NCBI GenBank assembly: GCA_964203275.1
Contig: CAXNMF010000014.1
Coordinates: 37,828-101,827, forward strand
DNA length: 64,000 nt
Direction of reading: 5' to 3'
From: Burkholderiales bacterium
GTDB taxonomy: Bacteria; Pseudomonadota; Gammaproteobacteria; Burkholderiales; SG8-41
Made by a program: the position numbers and the translations under genes. Of the stretch, positions 37,901-47,394 are shown one piece after another (position 1 is the first letter of the stretch; each line of letters opens with the position of its first letter). The notes under the pieces were generated by a model. The model had not been told where the DNA came from. It searched no databases and worked only from the letters and a program-made list of their open reading frames with translations.

Positions 37901-39019
37901 ATGGCGCATATTCCACCCGCGCGGCCGGGCATGATGCTGGCCGAGGTCGATACGCCAGCGCTGATTCTTGACCTCGATGCCTTCGAAGGCAATCTGAAGC
38001 GCCTGCAGGCGTCGATTGCCGACCGCAAGATCATGCTGCGGCCGCATGCCAAAAGCCATAAATGCCCCCAGATCGCCCTGCGCCAGATTGCGCTGGGTGC
38101 GGTCGGTGTGTGTTGCCAGAAGGTCAGCGAAGCAGAAGCGATGGTCGAAGGCGGCGTGCACGATGTACTGGTCGCCAACGAAGTGGTCGGCATGACCAAG
38201 CTCCGGCGGCTGGCAGCACTGGCCACGCAAGCGAAGGTCACGGTCTGTGCGGATGACGCAGGGAATGTCAAAGACATTGATGCCGCCGCATGCGAATTCG
38301 GTGTTGTCATTGATGTGCTGGTTGAGGTCAATGTCGGCGCCAACCGTTGTGGCGTCGAGCCCGGTGAACCTGCACTGAAAATCGCCCAGGCCATCGCCGC
38401 CTGCAAAAACCTGCGTTACGCCGGTCTGCAGGCGTATCAGGGCGGTGCGCAGCACATGCGCAAGGTTGAGGAGCGCCGATCTGCGATTGCCGCGGCCGTG
38501 GATGGCGTGCAACGTACGCTGGCGTTGATTGAAAAAGCTGGCCTGCCGCGTGGCAAGGTTACCGGCGCCGGCACCGGCACTTATCTGTTTGAGGCGGCCA
38601 GTTCCGTATACGACGAACTGCAGGTTGGCTCCTATATTTTCATGGACGCCGATTACGCAAAAAACGACTGGACCGAAAGCGGCATCCCGCGTTTCGAACA
38701 CAGCTTGTTCGTGTGGACCACGGTGATGAGCCGCACGCAGCCTGATACCGCCATCGTTGACGCGGGTCTGAAGGCGTCGAGTATTGATTCGGGCATGCCG
38801 CGGGTTGCTGATTTTCCGCAGGCGGAATTTCTCAAGGCATCTGACGAACATGGCGTGATCAAGATGAACGGTTCTGCAGGGTTTGCGCTCGGCGATAAAC
38901 TCAGGTTGATCCCCGGCCACTGCGATCCGACCGTCAATCTGTATGACCACTACGTCTGCGTGCGCGGCGGCAGGGTTGAAGCTCTGTGGCCGATCACCGC
39001 ACGCGGGGCTGTGTGGTAA
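37901..39019 (+). CDS. DSD1-family PLP enzyme (D-threonine / 3-hydroxy-D-aspartate aldolase-like)
   Basis: DTPAL..DLD, RPHAKSHK, RCGV, GAGTG, GSYIFMD, SDEHG, PGHCDPTVNLYD. Confidence 0.92.
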   Translation: MAHIPPARPGMMLAEVDTPALILDLDAFEGNLKRLQASIADRKIMLRPHAKSHKCPQIALRQIALGAVGVCCQKVSEAEAMVEGGVHDVLVANEVVGMTKLRRLAALATQAKVTVCADDAGNVKDIDAAACEFGVVIDVLVEVNVGANRCGVEPGEPALKIAQAIAACKNLRYAGLQAYQGGAQHMRKVEERRSAIAAAVDGVQRTLALIEKAGLPRGKVTGAGTGTYLFEAASSVYDELQVGSYIFMDADYAKNDWTESGIPRFEHSLFVWTTVMSRTQPDTAIVDAGLKASSIDSGMPRVADFPQAEFLKASDEHGVIKMNGSAGFALGDKLRLIPGHCDPTVNLYDHYVCVRGGRVEALWPITARGAVW

Positions 39020-39031
39020 TGCTTTAAAACC

Positions 39032-39142
39032 TTTAGCCACAGAGGACACAGGGCGCACCGAGAACTTCAAAACCAAATCCCGTTCGGAAATGTTTCGGTT
39101 TGGCTTTTCTCTGTGCTCTCTGTGTCCTCTGTGGCTGCTTTT
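39032..39142 (+). repeat. 9-bp-periodic inverted-repeat element, family B, copy 2
   Basis: Left TTTAGC-CACAGAGGA-CACAGGGCG-CACCGAG. Right 38 nt (39105-39142) identical to 16371-16408. Confidence 0.88.
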
Positions 39143-39157
39143 GACTTTGAGGTTCTT

Positions 39158-40054
39158 ATGAGCTCCATCAAAAAAATCGGTTTTATCGGTGTCGGCAATA
39201 TGGGCAATCCGATGGCGGCGAATCTGCTCAAGCGCGGATTTGACGTCACGGTGTTTGATGCGCGCCCTGAAACGGCAGAGGCGTTTGTCGCGCAGCATGG
39301 CGGCAAGGCTGCGTCTTCGCTGGCGGATCTTGCGCGCGGTGCTGATGCCATCGTCACAATGCTTCCTGACGACAAGATCGTGCGCAAGGTCATGCTGGAA
39401 GGCGGTGCTGCCGCCACGATGGCCAGGGATGCGGTGCTCATCGACATGGGTACTTGTGATCCGACAGGTACGCGTACCACGGCCGAGGCGCTCGAAAAAC
39501 TCGGACTGCACATGGTCGATGCGCCGGTGATGGGCGGCGTTGTGTTTGCCAAGGATGCTTCACTGGACATCATGGCCGGCGGCAGCGATGAACTGGTTGA
39601 GCGCTGCACCCCGGTGCTGAAGGCAATGGGCCGCGGCGTGACCCATTGCGGCCCGGTCGGTTCGGCGCATGCGATGAAGGCGCTGGCCAATTACGTCAAT
39701 GCCTGTGCGCTGATCAATGCCATCGAGGCGCTGACCATCGGCAAGAAATTCGGACTCGATCCGAAGATGATGGCGGATGCGCTGGTGCCAATGTGCGCCG
39801 GTCGCAATCACCCGATCGAGAAAAAAGTCATCCCGCAGATACTCACGCACAAATATGCCACGGGAATGGCACTCAGCTTCATCGCCAAGGACGTGAAAAT
39901 CGCAGTCGATATGGCACATGCCATTGACGCGGCAGTTCCGCTGGGTGAAAAGGTGTCGGAACTGTGGAGTGACGCGGTGGCGAAGGTTGGCGCAAAAGTT
40001 GACCAGACCGAGATCGTGCGTTACTGGGAAGAGGCCACAGGCGTCAAACTCTGA
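39158..40054 (+). CDS. beta-hydroxyacid dehydrogenase (3-hydroxyisobutyrate/tartronate semialdehyde reductase family)
   Basis: GFIGVGNMGNPMA, DAPVMGG, G.AHAMKA..N, KDV. Confidence 0.92.
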   Translation: MSSIKKIGFIGVGNMGNPMAANLLKRGFDVTVFDARPETAEAFVAQHGGKAASSLADLARGADAIVTMLPDDKIVRKVMLEGGAAATMARDAVLIDMGTCDPTGTRTTAEALEKLGLHMVDAPVMGGVVFAKDASLDIMAGGSDELVERCTPVLKAMGRGVTHCGPVGSAHAMKALANYVNACALINAIEALTIGKKFGLDPKMMADALVPMCAGRNHPIEKKVIPQILTHKYATGMALSFIAKDVKIAVDMAHAIDAAVPLGEKVSELWSDAVAKVGAKVDQTEIVRYWEEATGVKL

Positions 40055-40794
40055 CGTTGTTGAAGCATGCGCAGTACGCAATACACTGCCAGCGCGGCAA
40101 GCAGATGCTTGGCGCTGTGGCCGCTGATCACCCCGGCGGTTGCCACAAACATTTCAAAGTCTTTCAGTTCCGCAATTTTGGCCAGTGCGTAGAGGCCGAC
40201 CCCGTAAAGCAGGTAGTGACGCAGGCTGAAACGACGCGGAAATGCCGCCACCACATAAGGTATGGCCAGTAGCGGCGCCCCTTGGACCCAGGCATAGATG
40301 CGCAGGTCGCCGCTCAGCCGCCACCACAATACGCTGAACAGGCCGACCGCCAGCGCGCCTGCGAGCATGGGCATTTCCAGTCGCGTTTCGAGGTGTTCGC
40401 TGATCAGCGCAGTGAACAGTCCCATGAACGCAACTGTCATGGGCAACCGATCCCACACCAGGGTGTGGTCATTGGGATTGCTGTGGTAATAAGCAGAGCC
40501 GAAAAATACCAGCGTCACGCCGGCGAAGAACACCAGCCATGAGCGCCATGCGCCGCATCGGTCGCGCCAGCACCATGCGAGTCCGGCCAGACCCGTCAGC
40601 AGGAACAGCAGGTTCGAGACAATATTGCCGAAATTGGCGATGCCGAGGCAGCTGCGGCTGTCGGCGAATATGTGATAGCCGCGATCCTGCAGGATCGGTT
40701 CGCCGTGCCCGAACATCAGCCACGCGAGCGGTCCCAGCACGAGCAGCAGCAGCGTGGCGACGCGTGCGGGATGCGGGAGAGCAGGCAGCGGCAT
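40021..40794 (-). CDS. Ceramidase-like (CREST superfamily) membrane protein
   Basis: YH.FAD.R, N..SN..F, GSAYYH, L.WDRLPM, SGHS.KH. Confidence 0.85.
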   Translation of the reverse strand: MPLPALPHPARVATLLLLVLGPLAWLMFGHGEPILQDRGYHIFADSRSCLGIANFGNIVSNLLFLLTGLAGLAWCWRDRCGAWRSWLVFFAGVTLVFFGSAYYHSNPNDHTLVWDRLPMTVAFMGLFTALISEHLETRLEMPMLAGALAVGLFSVLWWRLSGDLRIYAWVQGAPLLAIPYVVAAFPRRFSLRHYLLYGVGLYALAKIAELKDFEMFVATAGVISGHSAKHLLAALAVYCVLRMLQQRQSLTPVASSQ

Positions 40795-40885
40795 GGCAGT
40801 ATCGTACAACAGCTTTTTCCTGGTTGACCGGCAGTCACGGTTAGCGATTACACTCCGGCTTTCGATCCTTGGAGGAGGTTGGGGA

Positions 40886-41776
40886 ATGACAACGCAAAAA
40901 ACAAAAGTCGTGCTCGGCACCGCAACCCCCGGCGGCGGATTCCCGGCCTATGGCTGGCCTTATGCCGAGGTTCTCAATGCCACCGATCCGACGCTGGATA
41001 TCGAGCCAATCAATACCAAGGGCAGCGGCGAAAACGTCGGTCGCATCGAAGACGGCTCGCTCGACATTGCGCTGGCCACCGGCGAGGTGACCTACGAGGC
41101 GATCAACGGCATCGGCCGTGCGCCGTGCAAAAACATCCGCATCATCAACGCCACTTATTCACAGGCCGGCATGTTCATGGTGCGCGCCGACAGCCCGTAC
41201 CAGAGCATCAGCGACCTCGTCGGCAAGACCGTGGTGTGGGGTGCATCCAGTTCTGGTTTTGTAGTGCTGGCGCGTTATGTGTTCGATGGTCTCGGACTCG
41301 ACATCAAAAAGGATTTTGATGCGCGTCTTCTGGAAAAGGCCGGAGACGGCCCGCCTTTGGTGATTAACGGCGACGCCGCAGCAATGTGGGGCGGCGGCGT
41401 CGGCTGGCCGCCGTTCATGAACATTGCTAAAAATCCCAAAGGCATGCGTTTCATTTCGCCGAGTGCCGATGAAATCAAACGCATCCAGGGCAAACATGTA
41501 TTTCTCAAGCAGACCACGATGCCGGCGGGCAGTTATCCCGGGCAGACCGGGCCGGTCAATTCGGTGGGGTCGTGGCCCTTCGTGCTGGCGCGCGCCTCGT
41601 TACCGGATGATGTGGCCTACCGGCTGGCGAAAGCACTGCATCAGGGACAGGCGGCACTGACGGCGAAACTTGACCAGGCAGCGGAATCAACCTTGGCCAA
41701 TACATTGGCTGGGGCGCCGACTCGGGATCTGATTCACCCCGGGGTGCTGCAGTACATGAAAGAGATAGGGCTGTAA
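40886..41776 (+). CDS. TAXI-family TRAP solute-binding protein lacking an obvious signal peptide
   Basis: GTATPGGGF, TKGS.EN, DLVGK.V, PAGSYPGQ, IHPG...Y.KE.G. GGAGGAGG upstream. Confidence 0.88.
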   Translation: MTTQKTKVVLGTATPGGGFPAYGWPYAEVLNATDPTLDIEPINTKGSGENVGRIEDGSLDIALATGEVTYEAINGIGRAPCKNIRIINATYSQAGMFMVRADSPYQSISDLVGKTVVWGASSSGFVVLARYVFDGLGLDIKKDFDARLLEKAGDGPPLVINGDAAAMWGGGVGWPPFMNIAKNPKGMRFISPSADEIKRIQGKHVFLKQTTMPAGSYPGQTGPVNSVGSWPFVLARASLPDDVAYRLAKALHQGQAALTAKLDQAAESTLANTLAGAPTRDLIHPGVLQYMKEIGL

Positions 41777-41803
41777 TGCGCGGGCTTTGAAGCGAGGACT
41801 GTT

Positions 41804-42703
41804 TTAGAACCCGTATAGCCGGGCGGGATTGCTGACCAACACCCGCTCGCGCTGCGCCGCATCCGGCACCCACTGCAACAGCAGGTCGCAGAGGTCGCCG
41901 TCATTGGGCATCGCGCCTTTCATCATGACGTGGGGCCAGTCCGTGCCCCAGATCACGCGTTCGGCATTGGCTTTCAACAGCGCGTGCGCAAACGGCACGG
42001 TGTCGTCATGTGGCATTGGCTGCCCGGAAATCCGGTAGGGACCAGTGAGTTTGACCCAGGCCTTGCCCGCCTGCATCAGGCGCAGCAGGGCCTGAAAACC
42101 GGGCGCATCAATACCCAGCGACGTTTTCATATAGCCGAGATGGCCGAGCACGATGGGCACCGGAAAATCGGCGAAGCTGCGATCGAGATCCGGGAATTCA
42201 TCGGCATGCATCAGGAATTCCATATGCCAGCCCATCGGCGCGATGCGCGCCGCCAGCGGACGCAGCATGTCCATCGGCAGTGAACCGGGCTTGCGGTCCT
42301 TCACATCGACGATGTTGATGCGCACGCCGCGTACGCCGAGCGCATGCATGGCTTTTAATTCCGCATCGCTGATTGCAGGATCAACCACGGCAACACCGCG
42401 CAACCGCTGCGGATCGGCTTTCATCGCGTCGAGCATTGCGCTGTTGTCGGTGCCGTAGACGCTGGGCTGGATCAGCACGGCGCGGGTGACGCCCAGCGTG
42501 TCGAGCATATGCCGGTAGTCTTTGGCCACGGAGTCGGGCGGTGTGTAAACCCGCGCCGATGAATAGTCGTATTGCGCGGCGGGCCCCAGCACATGCGCGT
42601 GTGTGTCACAGGCCAGCGCCGGCATTTTTATTTTCGGCGCATGCGGCTTGAAGTCCGGCGCCGCACACAGTGGTGCAGCATCGGTCGGCGTATTCACGGA
42701 CAT
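41804..42703 (-). CDS. Amidohydrolase_2 family lactonase (LigI-like)
   Basis: ACDTHAH, QPSVYGTDN, RGVAVV, WVKL.G.YR, WGTDWPH, NPARLYGF. Confidence 0.9.
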   Translation of the reverse strand: MSVNTPTDAAPLCAAPDFKPHAPKIKMPALACDTHAHVLGPAAQYDYSSARVYTPPDSVAKDYRHMLDTLGVTRAVLIQPSVYGTDNSAMLDAMKADPQRLRGVAVVDPAISDAELKAMHALGVRGVRINIVDVKDRKPGSLPMDMLRPLAARIAPMGWHMEFLMHADEFPDLDRSFADFPVPIVLGHLGYMKTSLGIDAPGFQALLRLMQAGKAWVKLTGPYRISGQPMPHDDTVPFAHALLKANAERVIWGTDWPHVMMKGAMPNDGDLCDLLLQWVPDAAQRERVLVSNPARLYGF

Positions 42704-42707
42704 ATTA

Positions 42708-42726
42708 TAAGTTATTGATTTTATTA
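42708..42726 (-). promoter_or_regulatory. IHF-consensus site
   Basis: Reverse strand TAATAA-AATCAATAACTTA. Confidence 0.65.
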
Positions 42727-42732
42727 AACTAT

Positions 42733-43668
42733 TTATGCAGCCTTGAGCCCGGGCATCTGGAAGCCGATGGCTTTCAGTTCAGCGGCCAGCGAGGCGCGTT
42801 GTTCCTTGTTCAGTTCCACCAGCGGCGGACGCACGGTGCACCACTGATCGTCACCGCTGTATTGCGCGATACCGGCCTTGAGCGCCGCGATCATCAGGTA
42901 CTTGCTGTTGCCGAAGGTGCCGCGTACGACATCGAGTGCTTTTTGCTGCGCTTCGGCGTCGGCGTTTTTCCATTCACGGAACAGTTTGTCGATCGGGCCC
43001 GGATTGACGTTGGCGGTGGCCGAGATGCAGCCGGCGCCGCCGTTCTGCATGTTCGCGAGCAGGAAGGATTCGCTGCCGGCAAACACATCGAAGCCGCCCT
43101 TGGCGAAGGCATCAAGGAAAGTCTTGGTGTTTTTCCAGTCGCCCGAGCTGTCTTTCATGCCGGCGATGGCGGTCGGGTATTTTTTCAGCAGGCGTTCAAC
43201 GAGGTTCGGTGTGATGCCGACCACGGCGACGGGCGGGATGTGATACAGGTAAATGCGCAGACGGTTGTCGCCGACACGTTCGATGATTTCGGAGTAGTTG
43301 CGATACAGGCCCTCATCGCTGACGCCCTTGTAGTAAAACGGCGGCAGCATCAGTACTCCAGCGCAACCGGCCTTGACCGCATGTTCGGTCAGCCGTACCG
43401 AATCGGAAATCGAGCAGCAGCCGGTACCCGGCATCATGCGCGTGGGGTCGATGCCGGCGGCAAGAATGGCATCCAGCAGCGCCATGCGTTCATTGACCGA
43501 CAGCGAGTTCGCTTCGCTGTTGGTGCCGAAGGCGGCGAGGCCGCAGCCTTGCGAGATCAGCCATTTGCAATGGGTGATGAAGCGCGCGGTGTCGGGGTTC
43601 AGGTCCTTGTCGAAAGGCGTGACGACGGGGGACAGCACGCCCTTGATGCGTTGTTGGGTTTTGCTCAT
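42733..43668 (-). CDS. Dihydrodipicolinate synthase/class I aldolase family protein (not DapA)
   Basis: VTPF, GTNSE (rather than GTTGE), PPFYY, YHIP, GMKDSSGD. Confidence 0.9.
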   Translation of the reverse strand: MSKTQQRIKGVLSPVVTPFDKDLNPDTARFITHCKWLISQGCGLAAFGTNSEANSLSVNERMALLDAILAAGIDPTRMMPGTGCCSISDSVRLTEHAVKAGCAGVLMLPPFYYKGVSDEGLYRNYSEIIERVGDNRLRIYLYHIPPVAVVGITPNLVERLLKKYPTAIAGMKDSSGDWKNTKTFLDAFAKGGFDVFAGSESFLLANMQNGGAGCISATANVNPGPIDKLFREWKNADAEAQQKALDVVRGTFGNSKYLMIAALKAGIAQYSGDDQWCTVRPPLVELNKEQRASLAAELKAIGFQMPGLKAA

Positions 43669-43850
43669 GGATGGATTCCTCGAAGGCTTTATCGCAAACA
43701 GCGGCGCGGCGCGCCGACAGGGCCCATAGAATAGCATCGCCTCCGGCCTCGCCCAAACACAGTACAACCCGCATTGTCAGCACCGGGGGGTGTTGTTAAG
43801 CTGGCTGCCCGGTCGCGCAGCAGACGCGTCCGCCACAGGAGGAGACCGTC

Positions 43851-44819
43851 ATGAAGCGTTCAACATTTGCAGTATTTGCCGCTGCCCTGCTCGCAGTTAC
43901 AGCTGCAGCCCAGGCTGCAGAGTATCCGACCAAGACGATCCGCATGGTGATTGCCTTCTCGCCGGGCGGGCCGAGCGACATCCTGTCACGGTTGATCGGC
44001 GGCAAATTGGCCGAGCGCATGGGGCAGCCCTTCGTGTTCGACAACCGGCCCGGTGCGGGCGGCAATGTTGCCGGGGAGATCGTCGCCACGAGCCCGGCTG
44101 ATGGTTACACGCTGATGATTGCCAACAACAGCATCCTTGCCGCCAATGCGTCGCTTTACAAAAAAATGACTTATAACCCGGCGCAAGACCTTGTGCCGGT
44201 GACCTGGGTGGCCTCGCAACCGAATATTCTTGTCGTGCATCCGTCGATTCCTGCGCAATCAGTAAAAGAGCTGATTGATTACCTGAAATCACAGCCCGGC
44301 AAGCTCAATTACGCGTCTTCAGGCAGCGGCGCGGCCGCGCATCTGGCCGGTGAACTGTTCAAGAGCATGACCAAAACCGACATGGTGCATATTCCGTTCA
44401 AGGGCGCAGGTCCGGCGATCACCGATGTGCTGGCCGGGCGCAGCCAGATGATTTTCGCAACCGCGCTGTCAGTGAAAGCCTATATCGACGCCAACCGGCT
44501 GCGACCGCTGGGCGTGACCACATTGAAACGCATGGATACCATGCCGAACATCCCGACCATTGCCGAGTCCGGCGTACCGGGGTTCGAAGCGTCGACCTGG
44601 CACGGCATGATCGCCGTCAACGGTACGCCGCGGGCGGTGCAGCAGAAACTCAACGTCGAAGTGAATGCCGTACTCAAGGATCCTCAGGTGGCGAAGTTTC
44701 TCGTCAGCCAGGGCGCGATCATCGAGGGCGGCAGCGCCGAGAAATTTGCTGCGCACATCAAGGCCGAAATTCCGAAATGGGCAAAGGTGATCAAGGATTC
44801 CGGCGCCAGAGCTGATTAG
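43851..44819 (+). CDS. Bug/TctC substrate-binding protein
   Basis: Signal peptide, FSPGGPSD, DNRPGAGG, HIPFKGAG. AGGAGG RBS. Confidence 0.93.
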   Translation: MKRSTFAVFAAALLAVTAAAQAAEYPTKTIRMVIAFSPGGPSDILSRLIGGKLAERMGQPFVFDNRPGAGGNVAGEIVATSPADGYTLMIANNSILAANASLYKKMTYNPAQDLVPVTWVASQPNILVVHPSIPAQSVKELIDYLKSQPGKLNYASSGSGAAAHLAGELFKSMTKTDMVHIPFKGAGPAITDVLAGRSQMIFATALSVKAYIDANRLRPLGVTTLKRMDTMPNIPTIAESGVPGFEASTWHGMIAVNGTPRAVQQKLNVEVNAVLKDPQVAKFLVSQGAIIEGGSAEKFAAHIKAEIPKWAKVIKDSGARAD

Positions 44820-44862
44820 ATTGGATGCGGCCGATTGATCGCAGGACTACAGGGAGCAGGGC

Positions 44863-45552
44863 ATGGCGCAATTGAAAGTTTTGGGAGCAGGACCGGTCAA
44901 ACGGGGGATTACGCAGCTCGCAGCGCAGTTTGAAAAATCTTCCGGCCATCAGGTTGCTGTCGAATTCGCCGGCGCACCCTCGGTGCGCGACCGCGTTCTC
45001 GCGGGCGAAGCGGTTGATGTCGCCGTGGTGCCGCAGTCGGCGATGGCGGATTTTGTTGCGCAGGGCAAAGTGGCCAATGCGACGCGCATGACCGTGGGCC
45101 GCTCGCGTATGGGGCTGGCAGTACGCAAGGACGCCGCCAGGCCGGCGCTCGGTTCGGTGGATGCATTCAAGGCGGCTGTAGCTGCAGCCGACGGCGTGGT
45201 GGTCAATGTAGCCTCCAGCGGCAATTACATCGTCAAACTGCTGGAAAAGCTCGGTCTGGCCACGCCCGGCAAGACCGTGACGCAAGGCGATACCGTCAAG
45301 GTCATGGACCATGTGGCGGCTTCGACGCAAAACCTGCTCGGCGCCGGTCAGCTGCCGGAAATCCGCGAGCTGGTGGACAAGGGTGTTGCCATCGCGCTGG
45401 CGGGCCCGCTGCCGGACGAGCTGCAGAGCATCACCGGTTATGACGCTGCGGTGACGACTGCGAGCGGCAATGCCGAAGCTGCAGCTGCATTTACGGCATT
45501 TCTGTCGACTGGCGAAGCGCGCGCGGTGATGGCTGCGACCGGCATTGACTGA
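44863..45552 (+). CDS. ModA-like (SBP_bac_11) protein, no signal peptide
   Basis: FEK.SGH.V.VEF, AGE.VDV, G.AVRK, SSG.Y...L.EKLG, GPLPDELQ..T.Y. Confidence 0.82.
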   Translation: MAQLKVLGAGPVKRGITQLAAQFEKSSGHQVAVEFAGAPSVRDRVLAGEAVDVAVVPQSAMADFVAQGKVANATRMTVGRSRMGLAVRKDAARPALGSVDAFKAAVAAADGVVVNVASSGNYIVKLLEKLGLATPGKTVTQGDTVKVMDHVAASTQNLLGAGQLPEIRELVDKGVAIALAGPLPDELQSITGYDAAVTTASGNAEAAAAFTAFLSTGEARAVMAATGID

Positions 45553-45570
45553 AAATCACCAGGAATAGGC

Positions 45571-46257
45571 ATGACCATTCTGAAAGTAATCAGTGCCGGC
45601 GCCGTCAAACGGGGGGTCGCCCGAGTTGTTGCGGCTTTCGAAAAGGACACCGGGCACAAGGTGGAGATCGAGTTCACACCGGTGCCCGAAGTGCGCCGCC
45701 GCATGGCTGCCGGAGAGGTGGCCGATTTGGTGGTTGCTTCGCCCTCGGTGCTTGATGAACTCGCGGCGCTGGGGCGTATCGATGCCGCAAGCCGCGGTTT
45801 TCTCGGCCGCTCCCGCGTCGGCGTGGTGATTCATGCCGATGCGCCACAGCCATCACTTCCGGATGCGGCTGCGGTCAAGGCGCTGTTGCTCGGTGCCAGC
45901 CACGTGGTGCGCAACGAGGGATCCAGCGGCGTATACGCCGAAAAACTTTTCGAAAAAATGGGTCTTGCCGCCGCCGGTGCCAATATCGTGGTGGTCAAGA
46001 CCGGTTCGGACATTATGCGCTGCGTCGCCGACCATCCGCCGCGGGCCGTCGGCCTTGCGCAGATTTCGGAGTTGATGGTGATGATCGACAAGGGTTGTGC
46101 GGTCAGGCTCGCCGCGCCGCTGCCCGATGAAATCCAGAACATGACTCACTACGATGCCGCAGCCATCGCCGGTGCGCCGGCGGCTGCAGCGGAACTTGCG
46201 CGACGGCTGGCGTCACCGGAAGCGAAAAAGATTTTTGCCGAAACCGGCATTTCCTGA
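45571..46257 (+). CDS. ModA-like (SBP_bac_11) protein, no signal peptide, tandem paralog
   Basis: Same motif set as 44863-45552 (LKV..AG.VKRG, SSG.Y, Q.SE, PLPDEIQ). Confidence 0.82.
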   Translation: MTILKVISAGAVKRGVARVVAAFEKDTGHKVEIEFTPVPEVRRRMAAGEVADLVVASPSVLDELAALGRIDAASRGFLGRSRVGVVIHADAPQPSLPDAAAVKALLLGASHVVRNEGSSGVYAEKLFEKMGLAAAGANIVVVKTGSDIMRCVADHPPRAVGLAQISELMVMIDKGCAVRLAAPLPDEIQNMTHYDAAAIAGAPAAAAELARRLASPEAKKIFAETGIS

Positions 46258-46281
46258 GTTTGGCGACCGGGGCGGTAAACC

Positions 46282-47298
46282 ATGTACAGCGACGAAGACC
46301 TTGATGCGGCGGTGGCGGCCGGTATCCTCAGTGCCAGGGATGCGGCTGCGTTTCGCATGCATATTGAACAGGCACGCTCTACACAGGTAGTGGATGAGGA
46401 ACATTTTCGACTGGTCAACAGTTTCAACGATATTTTTGTGGCGATCGCAGGCACGCTGGTGCTGGTGGCCGTGGGCTGGATTGCGGAAACCATTGGTTAT
46501 CGCCTGATCGGTGCATCGGTCGCGGTAACGGCGTGGGGGCTTGCCGAATTTTTTACCCGCAAACGGCACATGGCCCTGCCATCGATATTGTTTCTGCTGG
46601 CTTTTGCCGGCGGTGTCTTTGCGACACTGTTGCCCACCAGCAATATCCTCGTTGGCGACGGATCGGGCGAGTTCGGGATAAAGGTTGCGATCGCGGCGGC
46701 CGTGACTGCAGCTTGTACGTGGCTGCACTGGCGGCGTTTCCACGTGCCGATCACTGTGGCTGCGGGCGCTATGGCACTGATCGGGGTGGCGGTCGGATTG
46801 TTGATCGCGGTCATGCCGGACCTGTTCAAATGGATGAACGGAATTCTGTTTGCTGCCGGGGTCTCGGTATTCGTTTATGCGATGCGTTGGGACATCGCTG
46901 ACCCGCTGCGGCAAACCCGCCGCGCCGATGTTGCATTCTGGCTGCACCTGCTTGCAGCACCGCTGATCGTACATCCCGTGTTCACCTTGTTTGGTTTGCT
47001 CGACAAGGAGGTCGAAATCGGCGGTGCCATGGTGGTGATGCTGCTCTACGTTGCGATGGCCATAATCGCACTTATCATCGACCGACGCGCGTTGATGGTT
47101 TCCGCGCTGGTGTACGTACTCGCGGCGATCAGTTCCGTACTCGAGAAATTTGGTGCGGTCGGCATCAACGTCGCATTGACTGCTTTGCTGATCGGCTCGC
47201 TGCTGCTGATGCTGTCCGCGTTCTGGCATGCCAGTCGCGCGTTTGTCATCAGGCGCCTGACCCTGCCGTGGCAGGAAAAGCTCCCGCCACTGCGTTAA
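46282..47298 (+). CDS. Conserved hypothetical polytopic membrane protein
   Basis: DEE.FRL...FNDIF, WGLAEFF, AFWLHLLAAP, IDRRAL.VS, about 10 TMs. Confidence 0.8.
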   Translation: MYSDEDLDAAVAAGILSARDAAAFRMHIEQARSTQVVDEEHFRLVNSFNDIFVAIAGTLVLVAVGWIAETIGYRLIGASVAVTAWGLAEFFTRKRHMALPSILFLLAFAGGVFATLLPTSNILVGDGSGEFGIKVAIAAAVTAACTWLHWRRFHVPITVAAGAMALIGVAVGLLIAVMPDLFKWMNGILFAAGVSVFVYAMRWDIADPLRQTRRADVAFWLHLLAAPLIVHPVFTLFGLLDKEVEIGGAMVVMLLYVAMAIIALIIDRRALMVSALVYVLAAISSVLEKFGAVGINVALTALLIGSLLLMLSAFWHASRAFVIRRLTLPWQEKLPPLR

Positions 47299-47394
47299 TC
47301 CGGACCAGGCGCGAGACTGACCGCCCCGCTTGTATGCGGTCATCTTCAGATTTGCAGTTGTTGTCCGGGAAAGCCGAATGATTTTATGGAGAAC

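Noticed and set aside
37418-39511. 697-aa minus-strand ORF
   Set aside because: Shadow of the cupin, aldolase and dehydrogenase genes. It contains repeat-derived HRGHREHRE and no domain signal.
42733-43668. Naming this gene dapA
   Set aside because: GTNSE replaces GTTGE and the context is catabolic.
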